Below are positions 26,285 through 41,270 of a stretch of 56,552 bases of DNA, in pieces (within the stretch, counting starts at the first letter, position 1; every line of letters begins with the position of its first letter). The notes below the pieces were generated by a model that saw only the letters and a list, made by a program, of their open reading frames with translations, ran no database searches and had not been told where the DNA came from. The translations under genes and the position numbers were made by a program. The stretch is from Octopus sinensis (taxonomy: Eukaryota), in NCBI RefSeq assembly GCF_006345805.1, contig NW_021833660.1, forward strand, positions 1 to 56,552. Direction: 5' to 3'.

Positions 26285-26489
26285 AGTGAAAGTGTTGCTG
26301 GCAAGATCATGGTTTCAGTTCCCGGACTGGGCGGTGCGTTGTGATATCGGGAGCAAAACATCATTTCACATTGCTCCTCTCCACTTAGTTGTGAATAAGG
26401 TATCCCCAATAACGATCTAGCGTTTCTTTCATGGGGAGTGTCGTAATTTCAGCCACTTATACGGCAATGGAAATGGGTAACCGGCCCTA

Positions 26490-27300
26490 TGTACGAGATA
26501 GTAATGTCCATCAAAATCCCTGCATTAAGTTTTTCGATCGTCAAGTCTGGAAATGCATTCCAGATATACTAGAAGAACTCCCCATTTTTGTCAAGAGCTT
26601 TGACGAATTCGTTGATCAATCCGAGTTTGATGTGCATATGGGTAGGGGTGGGGAAATGATCTTATCTCGCCCAACTAAAGATTCTTCCAATATATTGGCA
26701 GTTCTACATGGAACCATATTTTTTCGAGGCAGCCAGTCTTTTTTAACATAGTTGTTTACTCGGTCTCTACTGTCCCACATGCAAAGAAAGCATGGGTATT
26801 TGGTATAATCAGATTGCTGTTTCATGAGAGAATTCACCATCTTTAAATCAACGCAGATGACCTATTTATACTGTATTTATACAATATTTTCTCTAAAACC
26901 AACCTAATTTCTTCATATTTTTCCTTCAGAGTTGTTGAGTGGCCGAGTGGGACAGCGCCATACACATTTCTGTTGTGCAACAATACATAATTTAAACTGC
27001 GCTTAGAGCTGTTTATGAAAAGACGCCATTCCTCTTGTTTGTATTCCTCAATGCCAAGCTTATTAAGAAGCCCATCTCTGCAGTAAACCAGCTCTTCTTC
27101 TTTTGTGAAGAATGAAAGGAACTCTTCATGCCGATAAAAGGTTATACGGATACCATTCTCTAGAAGAATCTTCTCTTTCAGTCGGGAAGCCAACAGTTCT
27201 GCAGAAGTTTTTGAGAGGTTCAAGTCACGAAATAGATCATTCAGCTTTATCTGGGAGAATAGCTGAGGTAAAGTCTCAATAATGATCATGTATAATACAA
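26490..27300 (-). pseudogene. DDE transposase fragment, probably CMC/Chapaev3-type
   Basis: LNDLFRDLNLSK..AELLASRL, WRLFINSSKRSL, DLK...YTKYPCFLCMWDSR and HIKLGLINEFVKALDK. The superfamily name is from memory of this motif set. Confidence 0.75.
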
Positions 27301-27304
27301 GGAG

Positions 27305-27620
27305 CACTCTGTCGGTTACGACGACGAGGGTCCCGGCTGGTACGATCAACGGAACATCTTGTTCGTGAAATTAACGTGCAAGTGACTGAGCAATCCACAA
27401 ACACGTGTACCCCTAACGTAGTTCTCAGGGAGATTCAGCGTGACACAGAGTGTGACAAGGCTGGCTCTTTGAAATACCGGTACAACTCATTTTTGCCAGT
27501 TGAGTGGACTGGAACAATGTGAAATAAAGTGTCTTGCTCAAGGACAAAACGCCGGGAATTGAAATCACGACTTTACAATTGTGAGCCGTATGCCCTAACC
27601 ACTAAGCCACGCGCCTTCAT
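27305..27620 (-). mobile_element. SINE with family-C head and core but a different tail
   Basis: Shares the central domain with family C and ends ...ccctcgtcgtcgtaaccgacagagtg. It interrupts the transposase fragment. Confidence 0.75.
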
Positions 27621-28652
27621 GTATAATAACTATATCATTTAATAGCACCGATGACAGTAGATTGCTCGACGATGGCAATCATTGCGATGATATCAACAGC
27701 ATCGACATAAACAGAAAGGAAATAACGATGGCAACAACTATAACAACACTCCCCATTACCAGCGATGCTCTAATCGGGAAAAACTAAATTTCAGAAGGTG
27801 CTCGAAAAAGGGAAGACAATACTTATGTTAAAAAAGACTGTCAGAAAATTGAAGAGAAACAAAATGACTACGTTAGCAATATTTTGATTAGAAGAGTTTG
27901 CTGGATCAGGAGAGCTGGAGTTAACAACCACAATAGCACAGCAACTTCAACAATACAACATAACAACATACAAATCTTGCAAATCACACATGCACGGATA
28001 ATAGAAGACTGCATATTATGTAACTTATGTACATGAACGTGTATATAGCTTATATTACGTCATCTATCTATATACATATATATGTACATACACACACACA
28101 TATATATGAAAATATACATACACCCCTCCACACACATATATGCATCTATGTATGCATCTACGTATATATTAAAGCTCAAAAATATATGTCCAATGTTATA
28201 CGCATTCATTTAGTCATATGGATTTCTATGCATCTAACAACCGTGGCTATATTTATTGTGATATCGTTTAAGCCCAGGATATCCTAATCCGTAACGGAAA
28301 TCACTATTCCAGACAATTGCGTTTTCCATTGTTCTAACGCATTGTTCTATGCAATACCGCCATATTTCTATGAGACAGGCGGCGATAAAAAATACAAATA
28401 TGGCTGCTGTACTTGTCTCTGCTTTCTTACCAAACGACATTTATCTTCTGTGTATAATCCATTAGAAATAGTGTTACACCCTAATGAGAAACCTTCCACT
28501 GAATAACCCATGTCTGTTGTTATAGCAAGTGTTTTAGTAATCACTGTTTCACCTAGACTAGTAATGCTAATAAGAAATCCTTAACATGTACTGTAGTAAC
28601 AAAGACAACGACTGTTTAAGACAGTGAGAGAAGTTATATTTATATATATATA

Positions 28653-28713
<61 letters not shown>

Positions 28714-29152
28714 GGTGTATGTGTGTGTGTGTGTGTATGTGTGTGTGTGTGTGCGTGTGCGTGTATGTGTGCGTGTGTATGTGCACGTATATATATAATC
28801 ATATATGTAGATATAGATATATATAGATATATATATATGTGTGTGTGTATGTGTGTGTATGTATGTATATATATATATACATGTGTAGATATATACATAC
28901 ATACATATATGCATACATACGTACGTACGTACAGACACATACAAACAGGCATACATATATAAATACATATATATTTCTGTGTGCGGATTTTTGGTGTGTG
29001 TGTGTGTGTGTCTATATGTGTGTGTATCTCTGCATAAACACACACATATATATACATATAAGCATATATATTTCTATTTGTACACATGTAAATACATAAG
29101 TACATACAATGTTTGCATATACACATATACACACACACACATAAATTTGCAT

Positions 29153-29198
<46 letters not shown>

Positions 29199-30585
29199 TC
29201 ATATATATCTATATGTGTATGTGTGTGTGTTTGTGTGTCAGTATCTATGTTCGCACGCAAATATGTGTGTATAACCTATATACACAGATATGTGATTCCC
29301 ATTGACATTAGTATATTCTTACCCTACTTTTAATATTGTCCTCAGTACCATCGATAAATATGTACTAGACTTTTATCGCATGTTGGTAACCGTCTGTATG
29401 TGCGTGTGTCGGTGTGTCTGTGTGTCTGTGAATGTATGTGTGTATATGCATTTATGTGTGCGTGCTTGTGTATGTTTTGTTTCCATTATATATATGGATG
29501 AATAGTTTTCGGAGTTTATCTTTCTAAAAGAAGTACGGAACCCTTAGATGATTACGAGACCAGAAGTGTAATTTCTAACTTCATGCGTTTATTCCCAATA
29601 TCTGAAACACCGTAACGCGAGTGAAATGGCTACAGACAACAAAATAGCCATCGATGTATCATGCTGAATGTAAATACATCTTTGAAAAGCAAGTTATTGC
29701 AGTTTCCGTCCAGAGATAACATCTTTAGTGGACGTACTATTTTTATATGGTTACTTTAATCTAATACTGCTTGTTATATATAACTGATTACACCGTGTAA
29801 CGAAATTTCTTTTTGTCTTTGGTGAGTAACTGTTATTTCATATTTGTTTCTGTCTAGAAATAAAAATAAATACTACTATTCCCTTTAAACTTTCCTTTTG
29901 TTATCTGGACAGTTTTGAAACTGACCAATTTTCCATTACATTTCAGACAGATTCAGCGCTGAGTTGCTGGAGAAGAAATATCATTGTAGCAAATATTCTG
30001 CGCAATACCACGGATTTTCTTGTCAGTTGCTTGGCCTTAAGCAGTTGAGCATGTCCCTTACAGCTTGACAATATGTGCATCTCAGATTAGGAGCAGGAGA
30101 AGTGTGGAAGCATCATAGCTATGTGTTGAGAGAAATACTTTGGGGTTAAAATAGATTTGATAAAAGTAAAGTTCGAAGGAAATATTAGTCATTTTACCTA
30201 CTTTCTCGGGGCAAGCAAATAGGAAGTAGGAAATAACAATTGCCACTCAAAAATAAAAATCGTATACACAGTGTTATTATTAAACCTAGTTGTGTATTCG
30301 CGATACCTGTGAATGTTTTATTTTGTATTTCTTATATATTGGAGGCCACTAATCTCGCCTAGGAGTGTGGCTGTGAGTACACACCATTGATGAGGCCTGA
30401 CTAGGTCAAAATGCATCTCGAGTTCTCTTTACTCGCTGCTGGGTCGTACGGATTTCGTCTCTCACTGCAATATATTATGGATTTTAAACATAGCAACACA
30501 GCATGTCTATAAGAAATGTAATCTTTGGACAATTACTGCTGTAACCTACTTTTCAATTTTACGTCGATCATGATACATAGGTGTC

Positions 30586-30661
<76 letters not shown>

Positions 30662-30854
30662 CAACACTACCACCACTACCACTTAGAAGTATTTCGTCTG
30701 CCGTTACGTTCTGAGTTCAAATCCCGCCGAGGTCGACTTTGCCTTTCATCCTTTCGGGGTCGATAAATTAAGTACTAGTTACGCACTAGGGTCGATGTAA
30801 TCGACTTAACCCGTTTGTCTGTCCTCTCTGTGTTAGCCCTTGTGGGTAGTAAAG

Positions 30855-30898
<44 letters not shown>

Positions 30899-31119
30899 TA
30901 TTATAGATATATATTGCTGACGTCATAAAAATCTAAAATTTTGACTAAATGAAAAATAATTCTTTTTTAGCAAAGGATCGTGAAGTGCAAAAGCTATAAA
31001 TATGTAAATATTGGGTTTAAAAACTCTCCTAGACCAAACAAGTCGACAGGCGGGACATGTGGGACACGAACCCGCATTTCCTGTATGGATATGTATGCAT
31101 GTACAATGGTAGTTATGTG

Positions 31120-31844
<725 letters not shown>

Positions 31845-32219
31845 TGTATGTGTAAATATGGGTGTATGTTGTGTATGTGTATATGAGTGTTTCAATGATA
31901 TATACCTGTTTGTCAAGTCACATCATTTGAGATTGTCTTTTGAAATATTGAAACGATTACATCGTAGAAGTGTAATTATACGATCGAAAAATTTATAAAT
32001 ACTTTCTTATATTCCTTAATAATACTGTATAGTTTGTTAAGATTTAAAAATATAAAACTCTATTGGACTTCTGTGTCTTGTTCATTGCCATTTCCTCTAT
32101 ATCTGTTCCAATTAGTCAGTTCCTGGATAGATTAAATAAGAATCAGAGTGATTTTTCTGTATTATTTGCTGTTTATACAGTTATTAATTCTTCCCATCTT
32201 TAACTGTGTCAGTGTAGTA

Positions 32220-32255
<36 letters not shown>

Positions 32256-32900
32256 TGTATGTATGTATGTATGTATGTACGTATGTAAGTATATATATAT
32301 ATATCAAAGCAATTAGCAGTTTTGCACGGAGAGCAGTAATATGGCAAATTACCTTATCATATAGCATGAAATGATTGTGGATTAATAATGGTTAAATACA
32401 TCGTCTGTGAGTATGAAATTCATCCTCTTACCACTGGAAATGTAAATCTTCACTATGGATTAATTCACTTTTCTGTGAAGCTAATAAGTCTTTAAAAACC
32501 TGTGATAAGTCTGTGCATCATCCTCCTCATATCTCTGGAAATTTAAATCTACACTATGGATTGATTCATCTTCTCTTCGAAACTAATAAGTTTTAAAAAT
32601 CTGTGATAAGACTGTGCATCATCATAAGGAACTTTGGAAAACTGTTTACAACCTATATCTGCCTCTAATGGAATTATCTCCAATATTTCATGAGTATACC
32701 TCACCCACTAAGATGTCTAGAGAACTCATATGTATTTTAGCTGATGAGTACGGGACACATTTATCTGCTGCAATTTTTGCAACTTATAATAAAGCCTGTC
32801 TTTGTATGAAACAATTGTACTAAAAACTAATCCATTCTTGTTGCTTCTTTCTTGTATATATATATATATATGTGTGTGTGTATGTGTGTGTGTGTGTGTA

Positions 32901-32931
<31 letters not shown>

Positions 32932-34501
32932 GTGGCCGCGCGCGCGCGCGCGTGTGTGTGTGAAGGCGCATGGCTCAGTGGTTAGAGCGTCGAGCTTACG
33001 ATCGTGAGGCTGTTTCTTCGATTGCCGGACCGGGTTGCGTGTTGTGTTCTTGAGCAAGACACTTTATTTTACGTTGCTCCAGTTAACTCAGCAGATCTAT
33101 TCAATTTGACGTACATATTAATTAATTAATTTTTTTAAACTAAACACTTTCAAACTTCCGATACTGGTAGAATGTGTCACATAGAACAGAGGTTACTCTC
33201 AACGCTTTTGACAAAATTTTGTATTCTAGAAGTTATTTCGTCAGAAGTTACAGAGTGACAATGGACAAATTCATGCTTGATAAGTGCCAATACACGAAAC
33301 TCTCAGCTTTTCACATATTCTCTAACTTTTGCCGATGATATATACATATTGCATATATATGTAAAACAATCTCATCACGCAATCGAACCAATGAAAGAGC
33401 CTCTACCTACTCGCTCGACGTACTAAAAATAACAGCCAAAGTATCTTCCTACCTAAATCACACGCCCTTTGTATGTAATGTCCTAAATTATCCCTAAAAA
33501 GACGGTTTGCTGATGTCTGGAATGTCTTTGACGATATTTTTGCAGTATCAGGGTTGATTTGAGGCTAAATAACAACATTATGGTAAATTTCTATATTAAC
33601 ACCTGCACGATTTTCACTAAGAAAAAAAATTTGCGTGGAATCAAGTACCCTGACCTCCTAATATGCTGCAAATCCCTTATTTTGGTTCGGATAAAATGAG
33701 GTGGGGGTTCCGCCCCCGTTTCCCGGAATCATTGAATTTTTTTTTTTCGTTGAATGAATTCCTGTAACCTAATATTGCAAAATTAGGTTACTTAAGGTGA
33801 GTCTGGTAACTGATGGTTTTGGGGTCTTGTTGTTTGTAACTTTTGGTAAGCCATGGTGCAACCAACTACATGGTAAAAATGCCTGCCATTCATTTGGTGT
33901 GGATGGGTAATATCAAATAATTCAATCACAACATATATTTAAATTAAACATGAAAAAAATTGCAATGTTATCATCACTTACATGGAAAATTTGAAATATT
34001 ATCATCACTTACATGGAAAAATTGAAATATTATCTTTCAGTATTTTATAAGTTAAGATCTTAAATTATTGACACATTATTAATTATCTTATAACAGCAAT
34101 GCCTGGAAAAATCATGGATTACATGAAAAAATGCGAGCTTAAAAAGTAATATTCTTAAAATGATAAAACTGGAAAAGTGCAGGACAAGTTATTACACCTG
34201 AAAAGTATAGGACAAGCTATTACTTCTAGTAAAGTAAAGAATAAGAAACATTTTACTTAAAATATTGCAGCTAATATTTATATTTTAATATTAAAACTTA
34301 TTTTATTATAGTTTACAAATAACACTGTAGTTATTTAAGTAGAATTTGGCTAAATACAGAAAAAAGTGACTAATTAGGCAAACTTACAAATTAGCTGAAC
34401 AGTTTTGTACAATAAATTTAAAAGATGAGAACTGTAAAGAGTGATAAATTAAAAGAACTGGCATTCTTTGTGCTGAGAAGATAAACCGGAAGAAATATGC
34501 T

Positions 34502-34809
34502 GAGACCTCCTTCGGTCATGACTGACCATGGGATTGCACAGGTCCGGGAAAGGTTATTTATGGAAGACCAGCAGTCGCCCATGCATACCAGCCCCCCCTC
34601 TCCAGGCCGCCAGTGTTATCCAAGGGAAAATCAATGGCCGATACAGCTTGGCACCTGTGGCGTCGCAACTCATTTCTACAGCTGAGTGAACTGGAGCAAC
34701 GTGAAATAAAGTGTCTTGCTCAAGAACACAACACGCAGCCCGGTCCGAGATTCGAACTCACAACCTCATGATCATAAGCTCGACGTTCTCACCACTGAGC
34801 CATCCGCCT
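34502..34809 (-). mobile_element. tRNA-derived SINE family C
   Basis: Head ggcg.atggctcagtggt.agag...gttcga.tc, central ttgagcaagacactttatttcacgttgctccagt domain. Other copies are at 32965-33092 (+), 51331-51667 (-) and 43480-43585 (tail). Confidence 0.85.
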
Positions 34810-34865
34810 TCACTGGAAGAAATATATATACAGATATATATACAGACAGACAGATACACACACAT

Positions 34866-34902
<37 letters not shown>

Positions 34903-35442
34903 CCGTCTTCTTTCAGTTTCTGTGAAATCCACTCACGAGGCTTTGGAAGACAAGTGCTAGACAGTGGGACTGAACCCGGCACTATGTGGTTAGGAGGCAA
35001 AAGTCTTACCACACAGCCACGCCACAAAATAATATATAATATATATGTTATATATAACTCTCTATGCCAATATTATATAATACAAATATTATATATAATA
35101 TGAATATTATATAATAATGACAGCAACAAGAAACCTATGCCATAAAATGACTCAAAAGAATAAAATGACAAAGAGACTATAATCTGAGACGTGTCAGTTC
35201 ATACAGACGAGGAGATTAAGGAATATCGAGCAGATATTATTGGAACAGGAATGTCTCTTAATTAACGCATCAGATCCAACAGAGGACAATGCGGCTCAAG
35301 CAAAAGATAAATAACTAAAATCTCTCTATAAAGGAACGGAGAAAATCTACATTTATAACAGTCTGAAAAATAGAGAGAAACAATGTATGGGGATGTAAAT
35401 AGAAATAATCTCAACAACAATAATAATAATAATTCTCTCTAC

Positions 35443-35826
35443 TATAGGCGCAAGACCTGAAATTTTGGGGGAGGGGGCTAGTCGATTACATCGACCTCAG
35501 TGCGAAACTGGTACTTATTTCATCGACTCCGAAAGGGTGAAAGGCAAAGTCGACCTCGACGGAATTTGAACTCAGAACGTAAGGACGAGCGAAATACCTA
35601 TTTCTTTATTACCCACAAGGGGCTAAACACAGAGGGGACAAACAAGGACAGACATAGGTATTAAGTCGATTACATCGACCCCAGTGCGTAACTGGTACTT
35701 AATTTATCGACCCCGAAAGGATGAAAGCCACAGTCGACCTCGGCGGAATTTGAACTCAGAACGTAACGCAGACGAAATACCGCTAAGCATTTTACCCGGA
35801 GTGCTGGCTATCCTGTCAGCCAATCG
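35443..35826 (-). mobile_element. Dimeric SINE family B
   Basis: A full monomer (35599-35826) is followed directly by a 5'-truncated monomer with a different tail. Confidence 0.8.
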
Positions 35827-36240
35827 ACTAACAATAATAATAACAATAACGGAGGGACAAGGCCTGAAATTTTGAGGACCCCAGTGTTGAACTGGTACTT
35901 AATTTATCGACCTCGAAAAATGAGAAGCAAAGTCGATCTCGCCGGAATTTCAACTCAGAACCTAAAAATGGGTGATATGCCGCTAAGCATATCTAGTCCG
36001 GCGTGTTAACGATTCTGACAGCTCGCTGCTTAATAATGAAAATATAATATTAATAGCTATACTGGAAGTGATTCAAGAAAGAGGTGCCGACAGCTATATC
36101 ACCAAAACACCTGTACATGGTGTATATGATAAAAAGTAACACATAACAGGCACTGCATTCATATTACGTAATGTAAGATCAAAACAAGAGAAAGTATACT
36201 TCCCCACCAAAAAAAAAAAACTTCACGGAGTGAAGGTGAA

Positions 36241-36645
36241 GGAGTGGCCGTGTAGTAAGTAGCTTGCTTACCAACCACATGGTTCTGGGTTCAGTCCCAC
36301 TGCGTGGCACCATGGGCAAGTGTCTTCTACTATAGCTTCGGGCCGACCAAAGCCTTGTGAGTGGATTTGGTAGACGGAGACTGAAAGAAGCCCATCGTAT
36401 ATATGTATATATATGTGTGTGTGTGTGTGAGCATATGTTTGTGTCTGTGTTTGTTCCCCAACATTAGTTGACAACCGATGCTGGTGTGTTTACGTCCCTG
36501 TAACTTAACAGTTCGGCAAAAGAGACCGATAGAAAAAGTACTGGGCTTACAAAGAATAAGTCCTGGGGTAGATTTCTTCGACTAAAGTCGGTGCTCCAGC
36601 ATGGCCACAATCAAATAACTGAAACAAGTAAAAGAGTAAAAGAGA
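36241..36645 (+). mobile_element. tRNA-derived SINE family A
   Basis: Head ggagtggc(c/t)gtgt(a/g)gtaag...ggttcagtccc, an internal (TA)(TG) tract and an (aaaagagt)n tail. Other copies or fragments are near 7000, 12720, 34860, 37115, 40290, 44425, 49910, 53240, 54300 and 55900. Confidence 0.85.
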
Positions 36646-37827
36646 GAGAGAGGACCTAAAGCACAAAGTGCTGCATTCAGTTATGCAGTAAAAGCAATTT
36701 ATGCCAATAAAACTATTGAATAAATAATGGTAAAATTATTAGCATTAAAGATCGATAAACTATAACTCTCTTGTACGTCATAATTACTAACTAGATTGGA
36801 AATGAGAGTGATGCATATTGGGATCTCTGTTGTAAAACATAAATTACTTTACACTATGTAGTTACGGGCTTTCCGCGACCGCCTGTCTACCTCTGTATCC
36901 TTTCTCTCTGAAGGACATTTATCCGAAATGTCTGGATTTTTCATTATTCTTAACAAATCAGTTCACTGAAATTTACTATTTTTATGCTTTAAATCCAATT
37001 CCTCCCTTGATCGGTTTGAAATAAGCAAAGCAAGAACTAGGCCCAGTATTGGAGTGGTATGTGCAATTATATTTACCTTCGGCATTTATTATTTAGATAG
37101 ACATATAGTGCATATAATGATAATGAGTGGTTAAGAAGGTCGCTTTGAAATCACGTGGTTTCGGATTCAGTTCCATTGCGTAGCACCTTGGATAAGCGTC
37201 TACTATAGGCCTGGTCCAACCAATACCTGTTGACTGAATTTGATTGACAGAATCTGCATGGATGCCCATCGTATATATATATATATATATATATGAGTGT
37301 ATGGTATGTGTTTGTATGTTTGCGTTTTTCCCCACAACTACTCGACCTCCAGTGTCGGTTTGCTTACGTCCTCGTACCTTACCAGTTCGGTAAAAGATAC
37401 AGACAGAATAAGTACCAGATTTAGTAATAATTGCTATGGCCGATTTGTTCGACTAAAGCCTTCAATTAGCGTCCCAGCATGGCCGCAGTCGGTGACTGAA
37501 GCAAGTAAAAGATAAAAAGATAAAAATAATCTATACTAAAAGCAAATTAGCTTGTCAGAAAATCTTTATAAGAGATGAAAGCAGTAACTATACTGAGAGC
37601 TAAATATTTATTGCCACTTTAACATGGCTGCTCCATAAGAGTCGGTTTTTACGGAACAACCATTGTTTAAGTAGCGGTAAACATTACTTCTCGGTATAGT
37701 TACTGCTTTCATCTCTTATAGAGATTTTCTGACTAGCTACTATGCTTGTTGCAAGATCAGTGACTGGTTGTCACATATTTTTCTATATATTACGAGCTGG
37801 AATACTTTCTCTAGCGGGCGAGTATCC

Positions 37828-37872
37828 ACCGCTGAGTATGAGCACAAATAGCTCGAAACTGTACGGTCCGGT
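37828..37872 (+). ncRNA. Hammerhead-like motif with G8 substitution
   Basis: ACCG-CTGAGTA-T-GAGC acaaata GCTC-GAAA-CTGTACGG-TC-CGGT: helices I-III all pair and the site is GUC. Confidence 0.6.
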
Positions 37873-38355
37873 AGTCCCGTCGCTGGAAGATGATAAAGGT
37901 TCGCTTCCCTGCTTGCAATATATATTGGGTGTAGATTGCATCGACTAACCAGCTGGAAGAGGCGTCCCCATGTGGTTAACATGGTAGTAACGTCGGTTCC
38001 TGCAGAATAGTGATGGTGAAGTGGCGATAAGCATTACTATACTAAAATTCACTCTCTGTCTTTCTATTTGTGTGTACCGCAATTTTGCCAGAAACAATAC
38101 ATTACAATGTTAAAATATTTCGCTAATGTACTTTTAAACACGAATCCTTTTGCTTAAATTAGTCTCTAGTTTATTTCTCCTTCCTCGAAACTTTAAAACT
38201 GAAGAATGTTGATTATTGTCTCAAAATAAAAAAAAAGTGACTGTTAATTCTACAGGCTGACATACTTGCTCGCTAACAACCACACAGACTTATATATCAA
38301 AGGTAATTAAAAGGGACATAGGTCATTTTAATCTGCATCTCGACTTTCAGATAGA

Positions 38356-38433
<78 letters not shown>

Positions 38434-38927
38434 GTTTGTCTATCAATATGTACACATCTACCTATGTGTCCCTGAGAGTGTGTGTATATGAGTCTAGTAT
38501 TTTCCCTTGCCCTGAGTTTTTGTGAGCTATTATTTTAATTGTCGTAATGTCAAACATAATAAGACAAAAGGTAGATTACTTGCTCAAGAGATAGATTTGG
38601 AAAAATGTTTTTATAACGTTAGTTTCTTACAACAAGCTACCTTGACACACGTGCATGGGTGTCCATCTGCATGATGCTGGTGTTTACATTTTCTCTACAC
38701 CTAGAGCAAAATCAAATGTGATGCAGAAGGTTATGATTTAAACAAAAAAGGTAATTACGTCTCATATGTTTGCTATTACTCATTACTATATTCGATATAA
38801 CTTTGCTGTTAATAGTAATGATTCGTTCTTGTTAAATAATAGTTTAATTAAATTATTTAGTGGATCCAATTTTCACAACGACAATGTCACGCCGAATGGC
38901 GTATGGTATGCTGTTGGTAATCTAATA

Positions 38928-39520
38928 CGTGACCTGATCAATAAGTATCCGGAATGTTGCCATAGTAACGAAGCTTAAGAACGCAGACTAAAGCCGCTCG
39001 GCACAGATTGACGTTAAACTCTGCTGTGCATACACACAAAGTTTTAACCTTCTAGCACACTGTCGCTATTTACGGCAGTGCTGGAAGGACGGTATCCAGC
39101 GTGTGATCGTTGCATTAACCATAAGAGAGAAATTTGAGCAGAGAATCTGCATCAAATTTTGCGAAAAGTTTGACGATATCTGCTCAGAGGCCTACGCAAA
39201 GTTTTCAAAGTTTTCATCGTTCTCGACACAATCAAGGAGATCGTGTGAAACTGAAACCCGAGTGTGTTTTTGGTAAGCTGAAAGCAGTTTTGACACGAAC
39301 TTGGAAGACACGCGTCTCATACCCAAATCTTAAAGGACTAAACTGAATCGTAACTAATCTGTACATCTTCTGATAACTCAAAGATGGTAATTCGAGGATT
39401 CCCTTCACAGCTGCACGCACATCTGCGATGTTTTTCTCAGTTCTGCTGGTTGCGGGTCTTCCAGAACATTCGTCAATATCGACATTTTTTCGGCCATCTT
39501 GAAAACGTCTGTGTTTGAGA
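38928..39520. mobile_element. Rearranged non-autonomous mariner (copy 1, truncated)
   Basis: TA|cgtgacctgatcaataagta end, the 5' transposase start, then an inverted RRFQDGRKNVDIDE.SGRPATS segment. Confidence 0.85.
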
Positions 39521-40153
39521 GTAAAGATGACAAGAGGGACATGAAAGAAAGACAGCAGAATTTTACACCCTCTATGTTTCAGAAACAGGCTGTAACAGGT
39601 GGAGCTATGCGGTATGAATCCCATCTACCTATCATTTTTAAAATTAGAGAAAAGAGCTTATGGTTAGAGTTATACAGTGAAGAGAATGTAATTGAAAAGG
39701 AAAGAAATAGAATACGCAAATGTTTTTAGTTAGACGCTTACATAATATCCAATGTTTTAAACATATAAATCCGAATTTATTTTGAAATAATTAAAACAAA
39801 TGGCATTAAAGAGGCGGCTTATGGACCAACCCACTCATATACCATATTTTTATTGCCTATCTATAAACATTCACATATATTGCGTATGTGTTTTGTGTTT
39901 GTACATGTATATAATAAAAATTATTTATTGTCTAGATTTTGACGGCTGGAATGGCATTTTGATATTTCTTCGAATAGAGGGTTACGGAAACACGAAAATT
40001 AAAAAGTGCATAGCTGTCACAAATTGTTTCAAATAATATACGTATTATCCTTGATATAATAAATTTAATCAAAATAACGTTAATTCTCATTCAACAAACT
40101 TGCCACCGCCTAATTTCTGACTTGCTGAGCAATGCCGGGTACTAATCTAGTAC

Positions 40154-40188
<35 letters not shown>

Positions 40189-40247
40189 TGTATGTATGTA
40201 TACATGCATACGAACATACATACACACACTCGCACATACACACACAC

Positions 40248-40282
<35 letters not shown>

Positions 40283-40602
40283 TGTACTTGTTTCAGTCAT
40301 TTGACTGCGGCCATGTTGGAGCACCGCCTTTAGAGTGGTGAAAGAGTACAGCAGGGATCACCACCATCCCCTGCCGGAGCCTCGTGGAGCTTTTAGGTGT
40401 TTTCGCTCAATAAACACACACAACGCCCGGTCTGGGAATCGAAACCGCGATCCTCCGACCGCAAGTCCGCGATATATATCCTCTATATATATATATAGAG
40501 AGAGAGAGATAGATAGATAGATAAAACTTATTCAGAAGAGGATGCATGGCGTTCAATCATATAATAATATAAATAATACATACATATACATATATACATA
40601 CA

Positions 40603-40638
<36 letters not shown>

Positions 40639-40641
40639 TAC

Positions 40642-40712
40642 TCGCATTGTCTTAGCCTTCAAATGACGCCACCCCGCTGGCTAAGTGAGCAGGCCTATAT
40701 ATATATATATAT

Positions 40713-40755
<43 letters not shown>

Positions 40756-40965
40756 CTGCTCAGGTATGTACATTTACGTATGTATTATGTTTATATATAT
40801 ATATATAATATATTATATATATATATATATATCACGTGATCACGTGGACCAAACCAGGCTATCAGATGTTGATAACATCGCTGGTCACAATGTACTTCGC
40901 ATGTTTAAGCCTTCAAATGACGCCCCCGCTGACTAAGTGAGCAGGCCTATATATATACCTATAAT

Positions 40966-41010
<45 letters not shown>

Positions 41011-41011
41011 A

Positions 41012-41063
<52 letters not shown>

Positions 41064-41097
41064 TATATAGATATATATATTATTATAATATATATCT

Positions 41098-41186
<89 letters not shown>

Positions 41187-41204
41187 ATATATATATACAT
41201 ATAT

Positions 41205-41270
<66 letters not shown>

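Noticed and set aside
33968-34034. 31-bp tandem repeat as a CRISPR-like array
   Set aside because: Only two adjacent units with no spacers, in a eukaryotic context with no cas genes.
36241-36310. tRNA-like sequences with A/B-box features
   Set aside because: They are SINE heads continuing into SINE bodies, with no complete cloverleaf.
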